The notes below the pieces were generated by a model that searched no databases, was not told the origin of the DNA, and saw nothing but the letters and a program-made list of their open reading frames with translations. A stretch of 64,000 nucleotides of DNA from IMG/VR virus record IMGVR_UViG_3300024327_000544. The stretch is one strand, 5' to 3'. The DNA comes from a virus. A program made the position numbers and the translations under genes. Shown piece by piece: positions 7,973 to 16,933 of the stretch (position 1 is its first letter; the number at the start of each line of letters is the position of its first letter).

Positions 7973-9934
7973 CTATATTAAATCAACCACTTCGCAACCA
8001 CCAGGAGCTGCACATGCTGCAGATTGTGCTCCAGCAGTGTGATCTTCTTTCTCATAATCTCCTAATGTCGTCCAATCTACATCCTTAGGCATTTTCGCTG
8101 ATAGTGCATCATGTTCTTTTTTATCGCAATCTTGATATGGTGCTTGCTTATAAGTATGTTCACTAAATGGTAAAAATGAGATACCACTGATATTATCAAA
8201 ATTATCCCATACCCAATTACCTACACCCAACCATTCATGTTCTTTAACAGAAACTGTAACGGATGGTTTATGTTCACACCAATGATCTTGATATATTTTC
8301 CAAAGTTCCAATTGTTCTAAAGCATTCATATCATTTCTACATATAGCACCTTTTGGACTCTTCTGTGGAAATGAAAATACTGTTGTATGTTCTGGTTTTG
8401 TTACATCAGGTTCATTAGGAAATCCTGCTTGCATCATAAACTTACACAAAGGATCTTTATTATCTGCTCGCACTGTTCTGATGTAATAAGGATTATGACG
8501 GGCATGAATACCACTAGCAGAATCAACCAACTGAGAAACAGTCCCCGAAGGCTTAACACACGTAATGGCGGCCGATCTAGGGATGCCAAGTTTATCAGCC
8601 CATTCTGCATTTGTTTTAATGGCAATATCACGGAGTTCTTCCAATAATTCACCAGTTTTCTTTTTACCCGCTTTACCATTTGTTAACCCATTATCCATGA
8701 TTCCGGTAAGTGAGACTCCCAGTAATCGTTCCTCTGCGCAGTTTCTGTTCCACTCTCTTGTAAGATATTTGAAGTCGGTAAGTGTGGATTGAAATGTTCC
8801 AAGAATGGTCGCACTGCGAACTTTGTTCTTGAGATGCTCTCTAGTGTCTGCCCCCCTGACAACGACCTCAGATAAGTTGCAGAATTCTCGTGAGCGTAAA
8901 ATGATCTCACTGCACGGATTTGTGCCGAAGTCATCTCTGGGTACTCGTCTTCGAATGTAATTTCCACTTCCATCTTGTTCTCTTTCATTTAATTTTTGTA
9001 CTTGTTTTTTGGCCGACATACTGTTATAGATTCCTCGTTCCCCGGATTTACTATCGTAGAGAGATAACCACTCACGCATGAAAGTACCGATGTCTGGTCT
9101 TTCCTTATAGTTAACCGAATTATTTGCGAGGGCACGTTGGACATCGTTTTTCCACCATTCACCTGCTTTGGCGAATCGCATTTCACGATCATTGAGATCA
9201 GACAAACTAATAAGAGCACTACGCCTGACCCCACCCACAACAACAACTTCCGCTGTTTTACAAATGATATCATGACATTCAACTGGTTTGAGTTTTCTCC
9301 CTGCAGCAAGTTTAAATATATCCGTTACAAAGTTAAATAAATCAACTAAAGGTTGTGGACCACTTGCTCTACCACCAAAAGTTTTTAAAGGCATTCCAGC
9401 AGGTCGAACTTTACTAATATCCCATTTAGGTATTAAACCTTGATATAATAAAGCAACTAATTCTTTATATGCTTTACACCATCCTAATTTACTATCAGCA
9501 ACTACAATAATAGTATCTGTAGGATAAAATTCTTCAGCAATTATTGGCATCTGTTTTGTATGTTCTTCTTCAACAGAAAAGCCAACTCCAGTTCCATTCA
9601 TTAAAACGTACATAATTTCATCAAATGTTCTGGGTTGATCACATTTAATATATGAGCAATTATAACCTGCAACATTTTCTTTTTTTAAAGGAACACCAGC
9701 TGTCATCATACATCGCATAGACGGCATAATTTCCATCGCCAATACTGTTTCTTCTAACTGTTCTCGTTCTTCTTTACTTAATTCAAAATTACATTTTTCT
9801 TTTAAATCTTCTTTAAAAAAATCAAAATATCGGCCAACTGTTTCTGACCATGTTTCTCGCCTCTCTTCATCATATCTCCATCTTGCGTATCTTGAAAGAT
9901 GAATAAAGGACTGGTATTCTGTAGGTAAATTCAT
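7973..9934 (-). CDS. nrdJ: class II (adenosylcobalamin-dependent) ribonucleoside-triphosphate reductase, monomeric type
   Basis: AGYNCSY, GGVRRSALI, FGTNPCSEI, TCVKPSGT, CEHKPSVTV and a C-terminal CAAPGGC redox pair. The start at 9934 overlaps the thyX stop (ATGA). No small-subunit gene follows. Confidence 0.93.
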   Translation of the reverse strand: MNLPTEYQSFIHLSRYARWRYDEERRETWSETVGRYFDFFKEDLKEKCNFELSKEEREQLEETVLAMEIMPSMRCMMTAGVPLKKENVAGYNCSYIKCDQPRTFDEIMYVLMNGTGVGFSVEEEHTKQMPIIAEEFYPTDTIIVVADSKLGWCKAYKELVALLYQGLIPKWDISKVRPAGMPLKTFGGRASGPQPLVDLFNFVTDIFKLAAGRKLKPVECHDIICKTAEVVVVGGVRRSALISLSDLNDREMRFAKAGEWWKNDVQRALANNSVNYKERPDIGTFMREWLSLYDSKSGERGIYNSMSAKKQVQKLNEREQDGSGNYIRRRVPRDDFGTNPCSEIILRSREFCNLSEVVVRGADTREHLKNKVRSATILGTFQSTLTDFKYLTREWNRNCAEERLLGVSLTGIMDNGLTNGKAGKKKTGELLEELRDIAIKTNAEWADKLGIPRSAAITCVKPSGTVSQLVDSASGIHARHNPYYIRTVRADNKDPLCKFMMQAGFPNEPDVTKPEHTTVFSFPQKSPKGAICRNDMNALEQLELWKIYQDHWCEHKPSVTVSVKEHEWLGVGNWVWDNFDNISGISFLPFSEHTYKQAPYQDCDKKEHDALSAKMPKDVDWTTLGDYEKEDHTAGAQSAACAAPGGCEVVDLI

Positions 9935-10743
9935 TTCTCTTCTTCCCCTTCTATCGTTTTGAGCTTTTCTAAAAATTCTGTTGATTCGTGCTCTGATAAT
10001 CCGTACTTTGCCATTACCCAACTGCCATTTAAATTATCTCTAATAATGTTTAATTCTCTTTGAGAAAATGAAACCGCGTTTTGTTGATAATCTTCAAATG
10101 CCTCACAACAAAGGGGAAATTTTGGTTTTACCATGCCGTACATGGCAGATGCATACTCTCTAACTTCTTTTTGTGCGTGTCCATCCATTCTCAATTTACA
10201 AAACTTAAAAAAATTATGTAAATCTATTTTCCAGATAACTTCTGTATAATTGCCAACAGGCAGTACTGCACGTGATAACTCGCGAGCTAAATCAAGATCT
10301 AATAAATTTTTGTAGGCCCAGGAAGCATTGTCGTAGATTCTGTTAAATTCATATTTAACTAAATCTTTTTCTTCAATTTCTTCCCCCCTACCTTGGTTAT
10401 TCTGTTTTGATTGCTTTTGGATATCATCATCATGAGGTACGTAAAAATCATTACTCATAATCGAGTATCGTCCTGAATACTCATTTAAGTTCGCCGTCCT
10501 ATGCCGAACTATTTGTCTCATTACAAAAATTGGTAACTTCATATGAAACTTAACTTCACACATCTCAAAAGGTGATGTATGTTCATGTCTCATCAGATAC
10601 CGAATAAGATTTCTTGTCTGACTTGTCTTTCGTGTTCCCTGTCCATAACTTATTCGAGCCGCGTTTTCTACTTCTTCATCATCACCCATTATATCTAATA
10701 ATTTAACAAATCCAAATTCATGGACCTTCACTTCTTCACTCAT
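9931..10743 (-). CDS. thyX: FAD-dependent thymidylate synthase
   Basis: RHRTANLNEYSGRY (RHRx7S), HTSPFE and HAQKEVR motifs; ATG 10743 overlaps the primase stop. Confidence 0.95.
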   Translation of the reverse strand: MSEEVKVHEFGFVKLLDIMGDDEEVENAARISYGQGTRKTSQTRNLIRYLMRHEHTSPFEMCEVKFHMKLPIFVMRQIVRHRTANLNEYSGRYSIMSNDFYVPHDDDIQKQSKQNNQGRGEEIEEKDLVKYEFNRIYDNASWAYKNLLDLDLARELSRAVLPVGNYTEVIWKIDLHNFFKFCKLRMDGHAQKEVREYASAMYGMVKPKFPLCCEAFEDYQQNAVSFSQRELNIIRDNLNGSWVMAKYGLSEHESTEFLEKLKTIEGEEEK

Positions 10744-11747
10744 ATTCTTTTCCACTGATTCAATTTTACCCTTGCAGGTAAGCCACGAAAGGTATTTGTA
10801 TTTATGGTATCAACTATGTCTAAGATGTCCATTCCATCTAGCACCATATCATTAATATCTTTGACTTTAATTGTGTCAGGCCAGATGCAAATTGCGAAAC
10901 CTTTCTTCACTGTTTTTTGCATTTTGTCTACAATTTCTTTATTTCGTCGTTCATTATCATACACAAAGGTAACGTCCCGAGCATAAAATTGACCCATATC
11001 ATCCATGTCACTACCTGCCATAGCTAAAGCATTAGGAAGAAACATACTATCAATAGGACCCTCAACAATATAGGTTAATTGTTTCGGATCATTTCTATCT
11101 AATCCAAAAAGTTTACCGGCAGATTTATCAATCTTAACAGTGAAATATCTTAAAGTTGAATCCTCTAAACTTCTTCCTTGTGCGGCTATTAACCTTTTTT
11201 CTTTATCAAAAAATGGGATAATAATTCTGGGATCATTTGGTCTTAATCGTGCAGCGATTTCTACATCATATTTACTAACCCAACTTTTAAAACAATCTGC
11301 AAAGTACATATCATGATAACGAATTTTAGGAAGCATTCTTACATCACAAAATTTTACAGCTGGATGATTTGCTCCTAGTTCAGCTAGACTAGGACATCCT
11401 ACTTTTTTAAATTGAGGTTTTCTAAAGACTGGTACTTTTTCTTCTCTCTCTGGATGAGTATCATCTCCAGCATCTTCTCTATATTTTTCAAAAGAATATT
11501 GCTTAGATAATGTTGGATCAATTTTATCTAATAATACTTTTAAAGGTCCACCAGAACCACAATTATGGCATTTAAATATTAATTGTTGTTTTTTATTGAA
11601 AAGATAACCTCTAGCTTTAAATTGATTCTTAGATGAATCTCCACATAATGGGCATCTGAAATTGTAAAGCTCTCTGGATTTTCTTGTAAAACGTTGAAGG
11701 CGGGATGATAATAAATTTGTATACTTATGATCTATGTAAAGACTCAT
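10740..11747 (-). CDS. 61: DNA primase (T4 gp61)
   Basis: NFRCPLCGDS...FKCHNCG zinc finger, IIIPF, IVEGPIDSMF, DNERRN and KDINDM TOPRIM motifs. Confidence 0.96.
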   Translation of the reverse strand: MSLYIDHKYTNLLSSRLQRFTRKSRELYNFRCPLCGDSSKNQFKARGYLFNKKQQLIFKCHNCGSGGPLKVLLDKIDPTLSKQYSFEKYREDAGDDTHPEREEKVPVFRKPQFKKVGCPSLAELGANHPAVKFCDVRMLPKIRYHDMYFADCFKSWVSKYDVEIAARLRPNDPRIIIPFFDKEKRLIAAQGRSLEDSTLRYFTVKIDKSAGKLFGLDRNDPKQLTYIVEGPIDSMFLPNALAMAGSDMDDMGQFYARDVTFVYDNERRNKEIVDKMQKTVKKGFAICIWPDTIKVKDINDMVLDGMDILDIVDTINTNTFRGLPARVKLNQWKRI

Positions 11748-11783
11748 ATCTCTCAATGGCGCGGGGTTTAATATAAAGATTAT

Positions 11784-11812
11784 ATTATAACATAATAAAC
11801 AATAAATTTCAA
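11784..11812 (-). promoter_or_regulatory. sigma70-like promoter upstream of primase
   Basis: TTGAAA-N17-TATAAT. Confidence 0.7.
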
Positions 11813-11817
11813 GGATA

Positions 11818-11847
11818 AAAAAAGGGAATCAATTGATTCCCTTTTTT
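11818..11847. terminator. perfect palindromic (bidirectional-type) intrinsic terminator
   Basis: AAAAAAGGGAATC-AATT-GATTCCCTTTTTT, a 30-bp perfect palindrome at the end of the late block. Confidence 0.8.
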
Positions 11848-11888
11848 GCCGAGGATGGTCTTCAGTTTTTGCCGAGGATGGTCTTCAG
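11843..11888. repeat. perfect 23-bp tandem duplication
   Basis: TTTTTGCCGAGGATGGTCTTCAG at 11843-11865 and 11866-11888. Confidence 0.9.
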
Positions 11889-12214
11889 CTAAACATTCTT
11901 ACAATCTTAACGATTTCAACCCCTGCATTGATCGCTTCTTCTACCATTACTTCGGTATCATCAGCTAAGTCAGCTAATCCAAATTCATCCTTGGCATATT
12001 GTACCAATTCTGCGAATTCAGCATCGTCTAGGTCTTGTAGTTCAACTAAAACGTCTTCAATATTGTCGATAGCTGGTCCCAACTTTTTTAAAGGTTCAAT
12101 AAAATCCATTGCATCTGACCAACCAATATCACCGTCTTCCAATGCCGAAGCCGTTGCTTTTCCAAGTGAAAACACAAAAGCTAAAACGTCTTTTGTCTCT
12201 TGTATTCCTGCCAT
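11885..12214 (-). CDS. hypothetical acidic protein (last gene of the late block)
   Basis: 109-aa ORF with an AAAGG RBS. Confidence 0.7.
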   Translation of the reverse strand: MAGIQETKDVLAFVFSLGKATASALEDGDIGWSDAMDFIEPLKKLGPAIDNIEDVLVELQDLDDAEFAELVQYAKDEFGLADLADDTEVMVEEAINAGVEIVKIVRMFS

Positions 12215-12224
12215 AATTACCTTT

Positions 12225-13022
12225 CTAAACTGTTATATTTTGTGATGGGAATATTCTTAGATGCTCTTTAATACCTTTCCTGGCTAGGACTGGCATAGCA
12301 TCACCTTTTTTCTTTTTCTTTCTAACAGGTGGATCATCACCTGCTTCAGCACTACCCGCAATACCACCTGCTCCCATTGACATTGCAGGTGCATCTTCTA
12401 TAACTTCATCTTCAGGTTCATAATTTGCCCCTAAAGTTGTCATTACAGGTACAATTGCTAACAAATACATTTGAATTTTAATTGGATCTAATCCCATTGC
12501 TTGTGCGGTTGCTATTGCATGCTGAGCTTTTTTATTATTCATATTTCTATGAACATCTTTGAATAAATTCACAAGGTTCTCATCAATCGCTTCTTCTTTC
12601 ACTTCTTTCAAAAACGTTTGATCAGGATCATTCATATCTAATTGCCATTCACAACACATATCTTCGTAAAGAATGGAAAACTCTTCCTCTAAAAACTTTT
12701 CATCTTGTAATAACTTTAGTTGATTCTCTTCTCTAAGCAATAACAAGGCAGCAGCATAAGTCGCAATTCTTGACTTACCACCAGGCACTTTTCCTAGAAG
12801 CCTTTTCAAATTGAAAATAAGCGTATCCATCATTGTATAGGCATCACGTTGATCTTGTGTGGTAAAATTTCTTTTCTTAATAAGATTTTTACCATTCTTA
12901 TCAACAATACCTAATGCATATGCTTTAGTTTTTTCGAAGGGAGTTACCAGGCGCTTTAAAAAGGAAAATAGGAAGAATAAATCTGAACCCTGCGTTAATA
13001 CTGATTTTAATCCTATAGGCAT
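12225..13022 (-). CDS. conserved T4-like virion-region protein
   Basis: FLKRLVTPFEKTKAY.LGIVD and NLKRLLGKVPGGKSRIATYAAAL resemble conserved cyanophage-type proteins. Confidence 0.7.
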   Translation of the reverse strand: MPIGLKSVLTQGSDLFFLFSFLKRLVTPFEKTKAYALGIVDKNGKNLIKKRNFTTQDQRDAYTMMDTLIFNLKRLLGKVPGGKSRIATYAAALLLLREENQLKLLQDEKFLEEEFSILYEDMCCEWQLDMNDPDQTFLKEVKEEAIDENLVNLFKDVHRNMNNKKAQHAIATAQAMGLDPIKIQMYLLAIVPVMTTLGANYEPEDEVIEDAPAMSMGAGGIAGSAEAGDDPPVRKKKKKGDAMPVLARKGIKEHLRIFPSQNITV

Positions 13023-13405
13023 CTTAACTGCTTTACTACATGTTGATCTAATTGAATATCACCGTCTCGAATATCCGTACCTTTTACGCCACGAACTATT
13101 TTGGGCATTCTTCTTAAATAAATTAAAAAGGGTTTTAATACTGCCCAACTATTGTCTTCAATTTTGTAAAATAATATTCGCGTACCGGATTCATTGTCAA
13201 ATAGATTATATATCATAATCAAATGGTTAAGAATCAACCTTTCTTTCAATTCACCTGATGCAAGATAATGATTTAAGTGTCTTTTTAAATACTTAAATCT
13301 TTTCATATCATCACTATAATCCTCTGTACTTATGCATTGAGGATTATTGTATTTGTGCATGCAGAAAAGTTCGATATTATTTTCGGTAATATCATCAAAA
13401 TTCAT
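13013..13405 (-). CDS. conserved T4-like hypothetical protein
   Basis: YNNPQC...DDMKRFKYLKR...ERLILNHLI motif. Confidence 0.75.
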   Translation of the reverse strand: MNFDDITENNIELFCMHKYNNPQCISTEDYSDDMKRFKYLKRHLNHYLASGELKERLILNHLIMIYNLFDNESGTRILFYKIEDNSWAVLKPFLIYLRRMPKIVRGVKGTDIRDGDIQLDQHVVKQLRCL

Positions 13406-13409
13406 GCGT

Positions 13410-13652
13410 CTATTTCTTTTTTTCTTTTTTCACAGGATCTTCAGATGGCTCTTCTACTGGTGCATCATCGGAATCCTTTGATTTTTCAAACAAACTTAAA
13501 TAATGATTACTAACCTGTATAGCGCCTTGAAGTGAAGACAGTGTGGAGACAAGTTGTTGTTCTTCTCCCCTCACTGCTTCTAATCTTTGCTTTACAGATA
13601 TAACATCTTTTTGTAAAAACTCAATTTGTTTTTCAATATTTTCTTTAGTCAT
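13410..13652 (-). CDS. small coiled-coil protein (possible fibre chaperone)
   Basis: Heptad-rich; LQGAIQ motif shared with 15344-15568. Confidence 0.55.
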   Translation of the reverse strand: MTKENIEKQIEFLQKDVISVKQRLEAVRGEEQQLVSTLSSLQGAIQVSNHYLSLFEKSKDSDDAPVEEPSEDPVKKEKKK

Positions 13653-13672
13653 AATATTCTATTAATTATATA

Positions 13673-14398
13673 TTAAGCAATTCCATCCCAGAGTAAAACA
13701 TACTTAGTTACACCAGAAATGTTACATTTAATAGCACCATTTGCAGGGGCAGTATAAGAACCAGATGTATTTGCACCTGTTGTCAAAAATGGACCAACAT
13801 TGGCTCCAGCAGACGCACCATATCCACCAGTTGGAGCTGCGTCCCAAGCAAAAGCAACATTCTGTGATGCTCCAGTCAAGGAACTTGCAACATCAAACTT
13901 AAGAAAAGCAGTTGGTGAAGCACTAGGTGCCGCGGCACTATTTGCGTGTGATGCGATAATACAATATGACTTACCTGCAGATGAATCTGTACTGTCAAAT
14001 GTATTAAGATCTAGGATACCTTTAACGCCTGATACTTCTGAAGTGAAAGCAACGTTTCCATCATGGATCTTTGCTGTTCCTGAAGAGGCTGTTAATACAG
14101 CAACATTACCTTGAGCTAAACCGGTTGCTTTAACATCGACGGTAACATCAGATGTTACAATACTATTAAAAACATTAGCAGACGATGGAGCTAAGTTAGC
14201 GGTGTGTAGAGTTTTATGAATTATCTCTGATGTTGCTTGTGCAGTCCCGGTAATTGTATGTGTTACATTAGCGAGAAATGATTTAACAGTTAACTTTTTG
14301 TTAACTGGAGATCCTGAAGGATCATCAATTATGTGTAAAAGGTCTTCACTTGCTGCTTCTGATGCTGCAGTTAAAGCCGTTATTTTCTTATCTGCCAT
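13673..14398 (-). CDS. virion fibre-like structural protein
   Basis: MADKKITAL...[18 protein letters not shown]-terminus followed by a Ser/Ala/Thr/Gly-rich body. Confidence 0.6.
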   Translation of the reverse strand: MADKKITALTAASEAASEDLLHIIDDPSGSPVNKKLTVKSFLANVTHTITGTAQATSEIIHKTLHTANLAPSSANVFNSIVTSDVTVDVKATGLAQGNVAVLTASSGTAKIHDGNVAFTSEVSGVKGILDLNTFDSTDSSAGKSYCIIASHANSAAAPSASPTAFLKFDVASSLTGASQNVAFAWDAAPTGGYGASAGANVGPFLTTGANTSGSYTAPANGAIKCNISGVTKYVLLWDGIA

Positions 14399-14498
14399 CT
14401 AATCTCCTTGCTGGCGTCGTGATGGGACTCATCACCAGTTAAAATCATGCTGAGAATCGCTCACTCTTGCGAAGGGTTTTCCTCAGACATCCAAAAAA

Positions 14499-14506
14499 TA
14501 TTTATG
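14499..14506 (-). promoter_or_regulatory. T4-type late promoter variant
   Basis: CATAAATA upstream of a structured leader and the fibre-like gene. Confidence 0.5.
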
Positions 14507-15344
14507 TTACTAAACCTAATCTTTCTAATTCGGTTATAATATGCGCCGCGGTGCTAGCACCTGCGCTAAATGTTGTATTTTGAGATACCGGTGTGGCACC
14601 ATAAAATCCAACAGGATCCGTGGCTTCACCTAATTGTAGGCCACCCACAAATCTTATTACTGAAGTATTTGCAGATATGTACATATCTTTTTCTGTACCA
14701 TCTTCAAATGCCATATCTATTCCAGATTCTAATTGCAAATTACCAGTTTCTGAAAAGGTACTAGTAAAAGAACCATTTTCAGGAATACTATCTTCAACTA
14801 AAATACTTCCTTGAAAATCAATTCTTGATTCTATTAAACCGACAATTTGCCATTTATCTGTAACTTTGTGTCCTGTAACACCATCAAATTTAATACTTAC
14901 ACCATTTGCTAATGCTTGCGTAGATCCGTCAATACTGACAGTTGCTGCGCCGGTTGATGTATTTCCATCTCTCCACCATTTAAATGTATCATTTGCTGAA
15001 GAAGATGTTCCATCAATCTCTACATGCCATACAGAATTTTCTGCCATATCTAAGGTCCCCAAAATGACAGTCAAATCATCCTGTTCACCTTTTAATACTT
15101 CTGGCTGTAAAACAGTTTTAGAATTTCGTAAATTTAAATCTCTTGCAATATTGGTATCAGCTCTAGATTGAACCTTATTTGCTACACTTCTAGTTGTTGT
15201 ATCTGTAGAAAGTGCTGATAGTAATGTGTCTACACGTATTTTCTTATTTACGGGATTACCAGAAGGATCATCAACTATAATTAATAAGTCTTCCGCCGTA
15301 GGACTATCATGTGTATTTAAAGCGGGTATCGTTTTATCTGCCAT
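14502..15344 (-). CDS. virion fibre-like structural protein (paralog of 13673-14398)
   Basis: MADKTIPAL...DLLIIVDDPSGNPVNKK shared N-terminus. Confidence 0.6.
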   Translation of the reverse strand: MADKTIPALNTHDSPTAEDLLIIVDDPSGNPVNKKIRVDTLLSALSTDTTTRSVANKVQSRADTNIARDLNLRNSKTVLQPEVLKGEQDDLTVILGTLDMAENSVWHVEIDGTSSSANDTFKWWRDGNTSTGAATVSIDGSTQALANGVSIKFDGVTGHKVTDKWQIVGLIESRIDFQGSILVEDSIPENGSFTSTFSETGNLQLESGIDMAFEDGTEKDMYISANTSVIRFVGGLQLGEATDPVGFYGATPVSQNTTFSAGASTAAHIITELERLGLVT

Positions 15345-15568
15345 TAATTTTCTTCCAATTCAGGAACATCAATCTCTTTAGATTCAGCTGTTTGTAGTAA
15401 TGCATCAAGGGCTTGTATAGCGCCATCATAACTATGTATACCACGTTTACTATTTTCTACCTCGTCATTAAGCTGAGAAAGTTTTTGGGTAAGTTTTTCT
15501 TTCTCAGCTTTGTATGACTGTAGTTGCTGCAATACTACAGCAACATTTATATTTTCCACATATTCCAT
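15344..15568 (-). CDS. small coiled-coil protein
   Basis: Heptad pattern; YDGAIQAL motif. Confidence 0.55.
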   Translation of the reverse strand: MEYVENINVAVVLQQLQSYKAEKEKLTQKLSQLNDEVENSKRGIHSYDGAIQALDALLQTAESKEIDVPELEEN

Positions 15569-15583
15569 AATATTATTTAACTA

Positions 15584-16153
15584 TTAAGTTACTGTCAATG
15601 TTACCGCAGTTAATCCTGAAAGAACTAACAATGCTACAGTTGATCCATCAGTTGTATCTTTAATTGTACCACTATTTAGTGCCACATTAGATCCACCTAA
15701 TGTAAGAACATCGCTTGTTGCAACTGTTTGACTTGCTACGCTGAAAGTGAGCCTGTTTGTTCCAGAACCTGAAGCATATGAAGCTGTATGTGGTCCACGA
15801 CCAGATCCAGTTCCTTCGTTACCGTTTGCAATAGCAACTTGTGGTGTTCCAGTAACTGTAACTCTTTCATCCCAAGTAATCTGAACAGAAACTGTTCTCG
15901 ATCCACCAGTGATTGCAGAAGCTGTAAATCTCATTGATGTAACAGTTGGTGCAGCAAGTGAAGTACCAAGACCACCCATTGCAACTAGAATCTCAGGGGA
16001 CGCTGAAGCATTTTTACTGGCTTTAGTATTAACAACCCAACCATTGTCAGCGCCATAGATATCTTGTTTATTGTATGTTGCACCTTCTGTGGTACCAACC
16101 CATTTTGGTTTTTGTGCCTGAGTACCAGCAGCGGCTTTTCCCCATAGAGGCAT
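15584..16153 (-). CDS. virion structural protein (Ig-like C-terminus likely)
   Basis: MPLWG...KPKW start typical of T4-like virion proteins; Thr/Ser/Gly-rich beta pattern; late promoter upstream. Confidence 0.65.
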   Translation of the reverse strand: MPLWGKAAAGTQAQKPKWVGTTEGATYNKQDIYGADNGWVVNTKASKNASASPEILVAMGGLGTSLAAPTVTSMRFTASAITGGSRTVSVQITWDERVTVTGTPQVAIANGNEGTGSGRGPHTASYASGSGTNRLTFSVASQTVATSDVLTLGGSNVALNSGTIKDTTDGSTVALLVLSGLTAVTLTVT

Positions 16154-16177
16154 GAATTTCTCCTATTAATTTTTAAA

Positions 16178-16185
16178 TATTTATA
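16178..16185 (-). promoter_or_regulatory. T4 late promoter
   Basis: Exact TATAAATA about 25 nt upstream of the ATG at 16153. Confidence 0.75.
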
Positions 16186-16924
16186 ACAATTCTTTAAACT
16201 CATCCATAGACATTGTATCTATGTTTGGAATTTCTTTATTAAAACACTCTTCTTCCTGAATATGTACAAAATTGACTTCAGGAAAGTGTTCCGTAAACAT
16301 AACTTCAAAATTGTGAATCCATCCCTTAGCCTGAACTGGTAAAGCATAACTCGGAGCATAACAATCTGTATCTTTATATATATTGTTTACTTTTCCATCA
16401 TTTATGTTAAAATCAAAGCCCATTAAATAAACCGTTTCAGGTTTTTCTTGTTCACAACATAGCCAAGTTGCGAGTAGTCCTGAATCTAACATTGGTATAT
16501 GTTTTAAATCGTCTACCACATCTACTTTATCATGTTCTGATAACCATGTAAAATAATGAACCGGTTTGTCTAGCAGATCCATTGTATGAGTATCATCATG
16601 AAAAACTCTACTTATTTCTTGTCCGTAATAGGCAAATTTATATCCTGTATTCTTATTCTCTATTACCTCAATATCAGGTGTAACTGTTGACCTGAAAACT
16701 GGATACATATCAGGATCCAGTAACTGAAAATTTCTAAACCAACAATGATGTAATTTTGGATACTGTGATATTACTATTTCATGTAACATCTTATTATCTA
16801 TACATATTAGATGTGTGGGGTTCCAATCCCTGTACATCGCATTACAACCATATGTTGTATGATCCAATAATAAATTGAGATTAAAAGCCTTACGACTTTC
16901 CCCGTTTCCAATCACTATATTCAT
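16181..16924 (-). CDS. DUF115/MptE/MAF-like (CstII sialyltransferase-fold) protein
   Basis: IVIGNGESR, YGCN, LDSGLLA and TVYLMGFD motifs. Confidence 0.55.
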   Translation of the reverse strand: MNIVIGNGESRKAFNLNLLLDHTTYGCNAMYRDWNPTHLICIDNKMLHEIVISQYPKLHHCWFRNFQLLDPDMYPVFRSTVTPDIEVIENKNTGYKFAYYGQEISRVFHDDTHTMDLLDKPVHYFTWLSEHDKVDVVDDLKHIPMLDSGLLATWLCCEQEKPETVYLMGFDFNINDGKVNNIYKDTDCYAPSYALPVQAKGWIHNFEVMFTEHFPEVNFVHIQEEECFNKEIPNIDTMSMDEFKELL

Positions 16925-16933
16925 ATTGTTTGT

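Noticed and set aside
8387-9340. Alternative-frame and antisense ORFs over nrdJ (8683-8988, 8989-9309 and others)
   Set aside because: They lie entirely within a conserved gene in a GC-richer patch, have no RBS or motifs, and look like shadow ORFs.
14411-14490. Hammerhead ribozyme (TGATGA and GAAA both present)
   Set aside because: The core reads GUGAUGA rather than CUGAUGA, and I could not form stem II or III in any permutation.
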